A DNA stretch of 24,000 bases. Source: an uncultured delta proteobacterium. GTDB taxonomy: Bacteria; Desulfobacterota; Desulfobacteria; Desulfobacterales; JAFDCJ01. The translations under genes and the position numbers were made by a program. The notes beneath the pieces are model-generated. The model was given only the letters and a program-made list of their open reading frames with translations. It did not search any database and was not told the DNA's origin. The first letter of the stretch is position 1, and every line of letters starts with the position of its first letter. This document shows, one piece after another, positions 16,618 through 24,000 of this stretch. The stretch lies in NCBI GenBank assembly GCA_963769935.1, contig CAVYNY010000010.1:567890-591889 (forward strand). Reading direction: 5' to 3'.

Positions 16618-19600
16618 CTATTGCCCGATGCTGTGGATGTTGCACGGATGGGCTTTATAAGCGCCGAGGTTGACAAAGGGCGCCAACAGTCCGAGCGGGC
16701 CGATCACCAGCGCACTGAGGGCCTTGGCGCCTTTCGATAATAGAGAAAACATATCCGGCCGCACCTTGGGGTCCGTGATCGGGCCGCTGACGCGCAGCTT
16801 GGTCCAAAAGTCCATGAGGCTCGGAAATCTGGGCTCCGGAACGAGCAAAAAATCAACCTGTTCCGTGCCCAGATTGATGTCGCCTTCGCCGGTCAGCACA
16901 CCCGCCTCGGTGTCGAACACGAACGCTTGGCTGGCTGCTATTCCGCTGCTGATATCAAATTGAACGACGGCGCACTTGATTTCTCCGCCTTCGTGGTGGC
17001 TGCCCCAGAAATGAATGACCTTTCTGGTAAGACCCAGCGAAATCAGGTCCAGGTAGTGGGTCAGGTAGCCTTTGCCCATGACGGCCCCCACGCTGCCGTC
17101 CAGACCGGCCATCAGATCATGCAGGGAGCCGCCCCGGCTATTGACATCGACGGCGATATCGAGGTGGGAACGGACCTGCTGGCTGATCCGCAGTCCCCGC
17201 AGAAGTCCGCCGAGGTCAAAGTCCTGGACGAGGAATTTGGCGGCGACCCGGGCCGGCGATTCGGGATAGAGATGGAAGTTGCCGGAAATTCGGGTCTGCT
17301 GGTAAGTCGCCTGAAGCGTTTCGACGTTGAGATCACCGTTCTCGACGGTGAGCATCAGGCGGCCGAACTCAAAGTTTGCATCGCGGGCGCGGACGTTTTT
17401 AGCATTCAGGCTGATGTCTGCGTCCACTTGCTTGAGAATATTTAAAGGCAGCGGATCATCGCTGAATAATCGGCCTTCCAACCTGCCGGGCTCCCTACCG
17501 GGCTCTTTTTCGTCCTGCCTCAGATTTTTCAGCAGCGCCGTCATATCCAGCAGCGAAGATTCCAGTCTCAATGTGATCTTCGGGCGTTCGCGAAACTCAA
17601 CTTTTGCCAGGCCGTTGAAGTCGCTTTTATCGACGACCGCCGTCAAATCGGCCAGGGAAAAAGACCGGGCCGACCCGCTGAGATGTCCGCTGAAATCAAA
17701 GGGGCCCAGTTCGGGGAGGTTGGCGCCGACCAGGGGACCGATCTCGGCCAATTCCTTTCCCCCGGCTTTCAGCCTCAGGTCCATGCCTTCGAGCGCCGGC
17801 AGGTCTTTGATTGTCCCGGTTGCCTCCAGGCTTAAGCTGCCGCGCCGGGCCTCGCCCCGGACCTCCTGCAGGGACAACGCCCCGGCTGAGCCCGCCAGGC
17901 GACCCTGCAGTGAAAACGCATCGGTCGGGGGCAGCTTCTGTCCGACAATTGTCTCAGCCTGGGCCAAGTCCTTGCCGGCCCCTTTCAGTCGCAGATCCAC
18001 ATGCCGAAAGGCGCGCAGGTCCCCAATCTTGCCGGTTACCGTCAGGTTCAGGTCGCCGCGTAGGGCCTGGCCCATAATGTCATGCAAGGACAGCGCCCTG
18101 CCGGAGCCCGTCAGACGGCCCTCCAGAACAAATTCATCCGTCGACGGCAGCTTCTGTGCTATGATCGACTCCGCCTGTGCCAGGTCTTTACCCGTACCCC
18201 TCAGCCACAAATCCACGTAGCGGAAGGCCGGCAGGTCCTCGATCGCACCCTCGACCGTCAGGTTCAGGCTGCCGCGCCGGGCCCGGCCCCGGATATCATG
18301 CAGGGCCAGCGCTCTGCCGGAGCCCGTCAGGCGACCCGCCAATTCAAATTCATCGGTCGAAAGCAGCTTCTGCCCGATGATCGACTCCGCCTGTGCCAAG
18401 TCATGGCCCGTGCCCTTAAGCCGCAGATCCACTTGCCGAAAGGCAGCCAGGTCCCCAATAGCACCTTCGGCCGTCAGGTTCAGGCTGCCGCGATGGGCCC
18501 GGCCCTGAAAATTCTGCAGGGACAGGGCTTTGGCTGAGCCAGTCAGACGACCCTGCAGGGCAAACTCATCGGTCGGCGGCAGCTTTTGACCGACAATCTC
18601 TCCCACCTGCGCCAAGTCCTTGCCCGTACCCTTGAGCTGCAGGTCCACGCCCTGGAAAACAAGCAGGTCCCCGATTGCACCCTCGGCCGCCAGGTTCAGG
18701 CTGCTGCGCCGGGCCTGTCCCCGAACGTCCTGCAGGGACAAGGCCTTGGCCGAACCCGTCAGACGGCCCTCCAGGGAAAACTCATCGGTCGGCGGCAGCT
18801 TCTGACCGACCATCGCTCCCACCTGCGCCAGGTCCTTGCCCGAACCCTTTAGCTGCAGGTCCATGTCCTGCAGCGCCATCAGATTGCCGACTCGACCGCT
18901 GACGGCCAACGCAGCCTCGCCGGCCGACACAGTGCCGCTGATGTTTTCCAGCATAGGAAACCGGCCGGAACCTGCCAAATGTCCGCTGAGATCGAAAGCG
19001 TCCGTCTGCGGCAGCTCTGCACCGATACCACGCCCTAACTCCTGGAGGCTCTTCCCAGCGACGCGAAACTTCAGATCAAGCCCTTGCAAAGCGCGGACCT
19101 CACCGATCGATCCGGCGAGGTTGACGGTTGCGCTCAAAAACCGTCCTGCCAGCTCAAGCGGAAACTGTTCGCCTGATACGATCCGCTGCAGCCGGCCGAT
19201 CCGGCCGGAAAGCGCAACGGGCTGCCCGTTGTAGTCGGCCTGGAGCTTGAGCGCCAGAAAATCAGGATCTGCCCGCCGGGCTATTTCAAGGCCGGCCAGA
19301 TTGAACCGGGTCGTATGGGCCGCTTTCTCATCGCGATAGGTGAGCTTAAGGTTTTCGACCCGGATATCCTCCACCGCGATATGCAGGCGGGTGGGCGGGC
19401 CGGATGGCGATGCAGAGCCGGCAGAGGCTGTAAATTGCCAGTTGCGTTGCCCGGCTGCATTCATCACCAGGACCACATCGACGCCGGATAGCGTAAGATA
19501 CTTCAACTCGACATCACCGAACAACAGCGGCAGGAGCCGGACCTTGGCCTCTATTCGCCGGGCGGTTATCATCTGCGGGTCGGAAGCCCAGGGGGCGTTG

Positions 19601-19818
19601 GCCAAAGCCACTTCCGTGACCATAAGGGCCGGTGATAAACCGAATTTAAGACCCACCTCGCCGCCCAGCGTCAATTCCCGGCCGGTGCGTTCTGCGACCA
19701 TCCGCTCGATCCGCGGCTTGAGCTTGGCGTAGTCGTAGGTGCTCAAAACCAGATAGGCCGCTGCCGCCAAAGCGACAATTAAAGCGGCCCCGACCAATGC
19801 AATCCATTTCCAACGCAT
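16618..19818 (-). CDS. AsmA-family protein (1066 aa) with an expanded internal repeat region
   Basis: Intact ORF. The N-terminal TM anchor and AsmA-type start are MRWKWIALVGAALIVALAAAAYLVLSTYDYAKLKPRIERMVAERTGRELTLGGEVGLKFGLSPALMVTEVALANAPW. The C-terminus is AsmA_2-like (..DLNVETLQATYQQTRISGNFHL.. GGEIKCAVVQFDISSGIA). Confidence 0.85.
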   Translation of the reverse strand: MRWKWIALVGAALIVALAAAAYLVLSTYDYAKLKPRIERMVAERTGRELTLGGEVGLKFGLSPALMVTEVALANAPWASDPQMITARRIEAKVRLLPLLFGDVELKYLTLSGVDVVLVMNAAGQRNWQFTASAGSASPSGPPTRLHIAVEDIRVENLKLTYRDEKAAHTTRFNLAGLEIARRADPDFLALKLQADYNGQPVALSGRIGRLQRIVSGEQFPLELAGRFLSATVNLAGSIGEVRALQGLDLKFRVAGKSLQELGRGIGAELPQTDAFDLSGHLAGSGRFPMLENISGTVSAGEAALAVSGRVGNLMALQDMDLQLKGSGKDLAQVGAMVGQKLPPTDEFSLEGRLTGSAKALSLQDVRGQARRSSLNLAAEGAIGDLLVFQGVDLQLKGTGKDLAQVGEIVGQKLPPTDEFALQGRLTGSAKALSLQNFQGRAHRGSLNLTAEGAIGDLAAFRQVDLRLKGTGHDLAQAESIIGQKLLSTDEFELAGRLTGSGRALALHDIRGRARRGSLNLTVEGAIEDLPAFRYVDLWLRGTGKDLAQAESIIAQKLPSTDEFVLEGRLTGSGRALSLHDIMGQALRGDLNLTVTGKIGDLRAFRHVDLRLKGAGKDLAQAETIVGQKLPPTDAFSLQGRLAGSAGALSLQEVRGEARRGSLSLEATGTIKDLPALEGMDLRLKAGGKELAEIGPLVGANLPELGPFDFSGHLSGSARSFSLADLTAVVDKSDFNGLAKVEFRERPKITLRLESSLLDMTALLKNLRQDEKEPGREPGRLEGRLFSDDPLPLNILKQVDADISLNAKNVRARDANFEFGRLMLTVENGDLNVETLQATYQQTRISGNFHLYPESPARVAAKFLVQDFDLGGLLRGLRISQQVRSHLDIAVDVNSRGGSLHDLMAGLDGSVGAVMGKGYLTHYLDLISLGLTRKVIHFWGSHHEGGEIKCAVVQFDISSGIAASQAFVFDTEAGVLTGEGDINLGTEQVDFLLVPEPRFPSLMDFWTKLRVSGPITDPKVRPDMFSLLSKGAKALSALVIGPLGLLAPFVNLGAYKAHPCNIHSIGQ
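17563..19074 (-). repeat. Coding tandem array, 7 x 216 nt (72 aa); the central five copies are highly similar
   Basis: The protein units start L(Q/R)LKG(S/T)GKDLAQ..GQKLPPTDEF.L.GRLTGS..ALSL....G.A.RGSLNL...G.I.DL..F..VD. They cover aa 249-320, 321-392, 393-464, 465-536, 537-608, 609-680 and 681-752; the first and last are degenerate. At DNA level, neighbouring central copies (17779-18858) are about 90% identical by eye over stretches such as actcatcggtcggcggcagcttctgaccgac. Confidence 0.85.
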
Positions 19819-19986
19819 GGCACACTTTACCTTTGCCGGCAGTTTTTTTGCTGCGGCGTTTCTTAATGTAAGGGTCTAATCTTCCTCAATAAACGGAAAT
19901 TGGAAAAAGTAACCGCTGTGGCTCAGCAAATTTATCACAAAAACCGCAAAAATTTACCCCCCAACGATACCAAGACGAGTAAACCA

Positions 19987-20005
19987 TAGCGAAATATGTG
20001 CCAAT
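19987..20005 (-). promoter_or_regulatory. Predicted sigma-54 (-24/-12) promoter P1 upstream of the asmA-like gene
   Basis: Minus strand reads ATTGGCACATATTTCGCTA: TGGCAC at 20003..19998 and the -12 GC at 19990..19989, with canonical spacing. It is about 170 nt upstream of ATG 19818 and directly downstream of the sigma-54 activator gene. Confidence 0.6.
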
Positions 20006-20101
20006 CTGGCAACAACTGATTGAAGGCGACATAAGGTGCCTTGGTAGCTGGGTTTATTCTCAGATGGAATGGGAAAAGCCGGCTTAAGAAATGCGGTGAT
20101 A

Positions 20102-20117
20102 TGCCGATATTTCGGCA
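20102..20117. promoter_or_regulatory. Predicted enhancer (UAS) palindrome TGCCGA-N4-TCGGCA
   Basis: TGCCGATATTTCGGCA lies 100 bp upstream of the -24 GG of P1 and 20 bp after the bEBP stop codon. An identical 16-mer with identical spacing to a second sigma-54 promoter is at 3742-3757. Confidence 0.55.
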
Positions 20118-20136
20118 GAACGCCCGTATTACAGCA

Positions 20137-22815
20137 TCACTTGGCGGGGCGCCGGATGCCCAGTTTTTTTATCTTCGACTGCAGGGTGGTGCGCTTGAGA
20201 CCCAGAATCTCCGCGGCACCGCCCTGTCCTGTAAGGCGCCAGCCGCTTTTCTCCAGAACGCCCAGGATGTGCCGGCGTTCGGCATCCGCCAGGCTGAGAT
20301 TCGCGGGGATATCGGAAGACGCCGTCCGGGGTGCGCTGACGTCCAGGGATTTGCCGCTGCTCACAATCATGGCGTGCTCGACGACATTTCGCAGCTCCCG
20401 GGCGTTGCCCGGCCAGAGGTAATGCTGCAGGTCTTCCATGCTTTTGCGCGGGATGTGGTCGATGCGCTTGCCCATCTTTTTTTCATACTGCCTGACAAAG
20501 GCCCAGACCAGCAGGGGAATATCCTCCGGCCGTTCCCGCAGCGGCGGCACGGCTATGGGAAACACATTCAACCGGTAATACAGGTCCTTTCTGAATTTTG
20601 CTTCGGCCACATCGCGGGCCAGATCCCGGTTGGTGGCCGCGATGATGCGCACGTTCACCTGCAGCGGCTTGGTGGATCCCAGACGCTCGAACCGGCCTTG
20701 TTCCAGCACCCGCAGCAGCTTGGCCTGCACATCCTGCGGCAGATCCCCGATCTCGTCCAGAAACAGCGTGGCCCCGTCGGCCACCTCGAAACGGCCCGTC
20801 ATCCGGGTCAGCGCACCGGTATAAGCACCTTTTTCACGGCCGAAAAGCTCGCTTTCGATCAGCGTGGGCGGCAGCGAGGCACAGTTGACGGTCACCAGGG
20901 ACCGGTCCTTGCGGGCGCTCAGTCGATGCACGGCCCGGGCCAGAAGCTCCTTGCCGGTGCCCGTTTCCCCCTCGATCAGGACGGTGGTATCCGTCCGGGC
21001 CACCTGCTCGACCTGGGCCAGAATCGCCTTCAGGGCACGGCTGCGGCCGACAATCTCCTCGTGCACATTCTGCAGCTCGATCTCTTCCCGCAGGTAGATG
21101 TTCTCCTTTTCCAGCTGCCGCTTGAGGCCTTCGATCTCCTCGAGTCTCACCTGCAGCTGTTCTTCCATCTGCTTGCGCTCGGAGATATCAATGGATACAC
21201 CCATCAGGCGTTCCGACTCCCCTGACGGACTAAAATAGGGACGGCCGCGACCGGCCATCCACCTGATAGTACCGTCGGGGCGGATGATGCGGTATTCCTC
21301 TCGAAAATCAGCCCGCGTCCGTTTGCACTCTTCTACGCTCCTGCGAATCCGAGCGCGGTCTTCCGGATCGACGATTTGCATGAAACCCTCGAAATTCAGC
21401 TCCTGCCCCGGGGCAAATCCATATAATTCCCTGGTTTTTTCGGTGCCCCAAATACGTCCGTTGGAAGTTTCTAAATTCCACAGGCCGGCTTCCGCAGAAG
21501 TGGCGGCCAGATTTAGGCGCGCCTCGCTTTCGCGCAACGCTTCCTCCGAGCGCTTGCGATCGAGCGCGGCGGCAAATACGGCCACGATGAGACTCATCCG
21601 CTGTACCAAATCCACCGGCCAGATCCGCTCCGCACGCACCGCCACTAGTGCGCAGGATCCCAGCGTCCTGCCTCCACTTAACATGGGAATTGAAAGCAAC
21701 GATTTCATGCCCTTGACCCGACAAAGGCGCCGCTCCCCTTCGGCTTCAGCCGGCAGGTCTTCCAGCCGATCGACCACCACCAAATTACCTTGCCGTAATT
21801 GCGCGATGTACCATGGCAATTGATGCTGCGAAAGGAAAACAGGCGCGGGCTCGATCCCTTCCAGATGATATTCAAATGCGCTTTGCAACCGAGCCCCGTC
21901 TTCGGTAAATATTCCTATGGAACACCGGTCCGCATCGAAAAATTCGGTGATGCGCTGGAGCCACTTATTGATTTCGCCTTCGACTTTATCGGTCGAAATG
22001 TTCACAAATCCGGCCGAAAGATCGGATATTAACTCCTCAAACCGCAGTCGATCCGCCGACTGCTGCCGTGTCTGGGCAAGCTGCAGGGTGTTTACAAGGA
22101 TCTCTCCCAGCAGGCGCAGCCGCGGAATATAATCTTCAGGCCAGGCACATTCTTTACGGACCGCATTTATGGAAATGATGTAATCCAATGAGGCACCGAC
22201 GGTGATCGGGATGTTCAGAGCGGATCGAATTTCCAATCTCTCGTATGTTTGCCGGTCGACCGCGGCCTCGCCCGGCAGCTCATCGCGTGTGGTGAAGGAG
22301 ACGACTTCATGCCGCTGAATAATTTTCTCGTAGACCCAGGGAAACAACATGAGGGAAAGGTCGGCATTTTCCGGTACGGGGGAAACCTCAGAGGCATACG
22401 CGACATGGGTGATCCGAAATGAAGTATCGATCGGTGAAATCCGGACCAGGCCGCAGCGGTCCACCTGGAAAAAATCGAGTATCTGCGTCAGGGCACTTCG
22501 AATTTGGTGATCGACCTGGTCAGGAGCCAAGTTGATAAATCGGGCCGAAAGGTCTGACAACAGCCGCTCAAATTGCAGGCGTTCTTTGAGGCCCACCTCG
22601 GCCAGTTTGCGCTGTTCGATTTCCCGATTCAGGCGTTCGCGGACGGCAGCCAATTGCTCTTTTGCTCCGGCCGAATCCACCGCCAGTGCTTTTACGGGCC
22701 GGGCCGGGCCCGCGTGCGACCGCAGCAGAGCTTCCCCGGCCCGCCGGCTGTCTGCATTTTTCTGCGCATATTGCCGGCGATTGGTTTTTGCATTTTCCAG
22801 TCGGTCGTTGACCAT
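20137..22815 (-). CDS. Sigma-54-dependent transcriptional activator (bEBP), 892 aa: GAF-like x2, PAS, AAA+ sigma-54 interaction domain, Fis-type HTH; no receiver domain
   Basis: RBS AAGGAGG. Walker A: [14 protein letters not shown] variant: EKGAYTGA. Also present: [56 protein letters not shown]-terminal HTH: [21 protein letters not shown]. The motif L.FE.L(L/I)SDLSA.F(I/V)N occurs twice and precedes the two GAF-like modules. Confidence 0.92.
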   Translation of the reverse strand: MVNDRLENAKTNRRQYAQKNADSRRAGEALLRSHAGPARPVKALAVDSAGAKEQLAAVRERLNREIEQRKLAEVGLKERLQFERLLSDLSARFINLAPDQVDHQIRSALTQILDFFQVDRCGLVRISPIDTSFRITHVAYASEVSPVPENADLSLMLFPWVYEKIIQRHEVVSFTTRDELPGEAAVDRQTYERLEIRSALNIPITVGASLDYIISINAVRKECAWPEDYIPRLRLLGEILVNTLQLAQTRQQSADRLRFEELISDLSAGFVNISTDKVEGEINKWLQRITEFFDADRCSIGIFTEDGARLQSAFEYHLEGIEPAPVFLSQHQLPWYIAQLRQGNLVVVDRLEDLPAEAEGERRLCRVKGMKSLLSIPMLSGGRTLGSCALVAVRAERIWPVDLVQRMSLIVAVFAAALDRKRSEEALRESEARLNLAATSAEAGLWNLETSNGRIWGTEKTRELYGFAPGQELNFEGFMQIVDPEDRARIRRSVEECKRTRADFREEYRIIRPDGTIRWMAGRGRPYFSPSGESERLMGVSIDISERKQMEEQLQVRLEEIEGLKRQLEKENIYLREEIELQNVHEEIVGRSRALKAILAQVEQVARTDTTVLIEGETGTGKELLARAVHRLSARKDRSLVTVNCASLPPTLIESELFGREKGAYTGALTRMTGRFEVADGATLFLDEIGDLPQDVQAKLLRVLEQGRFERLGSTKPLQVNVRIIAATNRDLARDVAEAKFRKDLYYRLNVFPIAVPPLRERPEDIPLLVWAFVRQYEKKMGKRIDHIPRKSMEDLQHYLWPGNARELRNVVEHAMIVSSGKSLDVSAPRTASSDIPANLSLADAERRHILGVLEKSGWRLTGQGGAAEILGLKRTTLQSKIKKLGIRRPAK

Positions 22816-23042
22816 CCGAAGCCTCCTTGAGCTTCTGCCGCTGCCCCCGTCAGCTTGTCAAATTCCCGCATACGTGAAATTGATCGCCGACTTCGGTTCA
22901 GGTTTTCTCGAATCCAATCTATATGTGGATTCAAAACCTCAGATCAGGGGTTTTGAAACCACTTCCAGCCAATAACGACCATTAACTACACCCAAAGTTG
23001 ATCTATTGTCAAAGCCAATTTATTGTCAATTCCATGCGTTAC

Positions 23043-23687
23043 CTATTCGGGTGATGACGTTTTGTAAGGCCAGGAGCAAAATTTATTTAAAGGACATGCC
23101 GGGCATTTTGGTTTGCGGGCCGTACAGGTTTCGCGTCCGAAAAAAATAAGCCTCAACGAAAAATCACGCCACTCCCGTTTCGGTATGATTTTCATCAAAT
23201 CGAACTCGATTTTCACCGGATCTTTGTTGTCTGTCAGGCCCAACCGCTGCGCAATTCGACCGACGTGAGTATCCACCACGATTCCAGGGGTCTCGAAAAC
23301 TGCTCCCAGAACAACATTGGCGGTCTTGCGCCCGACCCCGGGGAGATTGGTCAGTTCCTCCAAAGTGCCCGGCACCATGCCTTTATGGACAGCCAATAAC
23401 GCTTGGCTGCAATTTTTGATATTTTTGGCTTTGTTGTGAAAGAAACCCGTCGGACGGATTAGCTGCTCGATGGCATTCAACGGCGCTCCGGCAAAATCAG
23501 AAGGCGTTTTCAGGTGCTTAAACAGTTCGCCGGTAACCCGATTGACCTGATTGTCGGTACACTGCGCCGACAGGATGACGGCCACCAGCAGCTGAAAGGG
23601 CGTTTCGTAATTCAGCGGGGTTTTGACTTCCGGGTAGCGTTCTCTAAGAATTTTGCGGATTCGATCAACGCGGTTTTTAAAGTTCAT
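23043..23687 (-). CDS. nth: Endonuclease III (DNA-(apurinic/apyrimidinic site) lyase / glycosylase)
   Basis: 214-aa ORF. FQLLVAVILSAQCTDNQVN; HhH-GPD motif LPGVGRKTANVVLG; catalytic VDTHV; C-terminal 4Fe-4S ligand pattern CTARKPKCPACPLNKFC (C-X6-C-X2-C-X5-C). Confidence 0.92.
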   Translation of the reverse strand: MNFKNRVDRIRKILRERYPEVKTPLNYETPFQLLVAVILSAQCTDNQVNRVTGELFKHLKTPSDFAGAPLNAIEQLIRPTGFFHNKAKNIKNCSQALLAVHKGMVPGTLEELTNLPGVGRKTANVVLGAVFETPGIVVDTHVGRIAQRLGLTDNKDPVKIEFDLMKIIPKREWRDFSLRLIFFGRETCTARKPKCPACPLNKFCSWPYKTSSPE

Positions 23688-23691
23688 GCTT

Positions 23692-23891
23692 CTGTCCGTT
23701 GTCGGTTGTCAGTTGCAAAAGTAAGATCGCTGGTCTATTTTATGAATCATGATTCTACGAATTGCAAATTGACGATGCATCAGTAGTTTTTTAATTTAGG
23801 AACACAGCATATAGGACGCAATTCCGTTGATCGTCAAGGTTTAATGATTTTTCCCACAAGTTACTGACAACGGACAACAAACAACAGACAG
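23692..23891. repeat. Heptamer-armed inverted-repeat element (about 200 nt) in the divergent nth / PP-loop intergenic region
   Basis: Left arm 23692-23713: c tgtccgt tgtcggt tgtcagt. Right arm 23863-23891: actgaca acggaca acaaaca acagaca g. About 18 of 22 positions are complementary. A 149-nt AT-rich core lies between them. The left arm begins 5 nt upstream of the nth ATG. Confidence 0.55.
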
Positions 23892-23941
23892 CGCGTGAAC
23901 AGCACCTTTAAACATAACATCAAAAAGGCAAAAGACGACGT

Positions 23942-24000
23942 ATGAATACCAATAAACAAAAAGCACGCGCTTTAGGCCTAAGCTCCGGCGGCCTGGATAG
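23942..24000 (+). CDS. N-terminus of a PP-loop (SGGxDS) ATP pyrophosphatase-family protein (partial, runs off the right edge)
   Basis: Own translation from ATG 23942: MNTNKQKARALGLSSGGLDS. SGGLDS is the PP-loop motif shared by MnmA, QueC, ThiI and argininosuccinate-synthase-type enzymes. The specific family cannot be assigned from 19 codons. Confidence 0.4.
   Translation, partial: MNTNKQKARALGLSSGGLD

Noticed and set aside
16346-16645. Track ORFs 16346..16591(+) and 16445..16645(-), with odd peptides such as TKYRKHEI and ESTKGRKHEKD
   Set aside because: They are translations of the acgaaa/tttcgtg short-repeat hairpin and AT-rich spacer. They have no RBS and low complexity.
17563-19074. Regularly spaced 216-nt repeats considered as a possible CRISPR-like or satellite array
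   Set aside because: The units are contiguous with no unique spacers. They are in frame within an intact 3.2-kb ORF and are conserved at protein level as a 72-aa module. This is a coding tandem duplication, not a CRISPR array.
20041-21225. Long plus-strand ORFs antisense to real genes, e.g. 20041..21225 (394 aa), 1390..2172 (260 aa), 17327..18220 (297 aa), 13005..13664 and 6758..7279
   Set aside because: They are typical antisense shadows of GC-rich genes. They are Arg/Gly/Pro/Leu-rich with no domain motifs and are fully nested in strongly supported minus-strand CDSs.

Overview
All sizeable genes except a final partial ORF are on the minus strand. Coding sequence is GC-rich and intergenic sequence is AT-rich and repeat-laden. 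The gene content suggests a Desulfobacterota-like anaerobe, but that is inference only. No rRNA, tRNA or CRISPR array was recognised.

Left 4.9 kb, a gene-decay zone:
- The 5' part of a group II intron, with the start of its RT ORF, interrupts an exported-protein gene.
- A DUF1254/DUF1214 lipoprotein gene is broken by at least 3 frameshifts.
- An intact small ABM-like gene sits behind a sigma-54 promoter.
- A lipoprotein gene carries a 1-nt frameshift inside its signal peptide.

Centre and right, about 17 kb co-directional, listed in transcription order:
- a GAF-GAF-PAS sigma-54 enhancer-binding protein (bEBP)
- a sigma-54 promoter
- a 1066-aa AsmA-like protein with an internal 216-nt tandem array
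- an RsbR-S-T-X stressosome-type module
- a cytoplasmic 989-aa hybrid histidine kinase, start overlapping the rsbX stop
- a paralogous 1770-aa hybrid kinase with two periplasmic binding domains

The window ends with nth and the start of a PP-loop ATPase.

Main hunting results:
1. Two sigma-54 promoters (TGGCAY-N5-TCGCT) each lie exactly 100 bp downstream of the same 16-bp palindrome, TGCCGATATTTCGGCA. The DNA between them is unrelated. One palindrome is 20 bp after the stop codon of the bEBP gene. This predicts a small regulon and the cognate enhancer.
2. A stressosome module appears wired to a phosphorelay. The kinase has an N-terminal domain that looks like a degenerate RsbT/GHKL fold.
3. 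A family of heptamer-periodic elements, often palindromic and about 200-220 nt long, occupies intergenic regions. Heptamer-built segments of about 210 nt also sit in frame in the alpha3-beta4 loop of the second receiver domain of both kinases.
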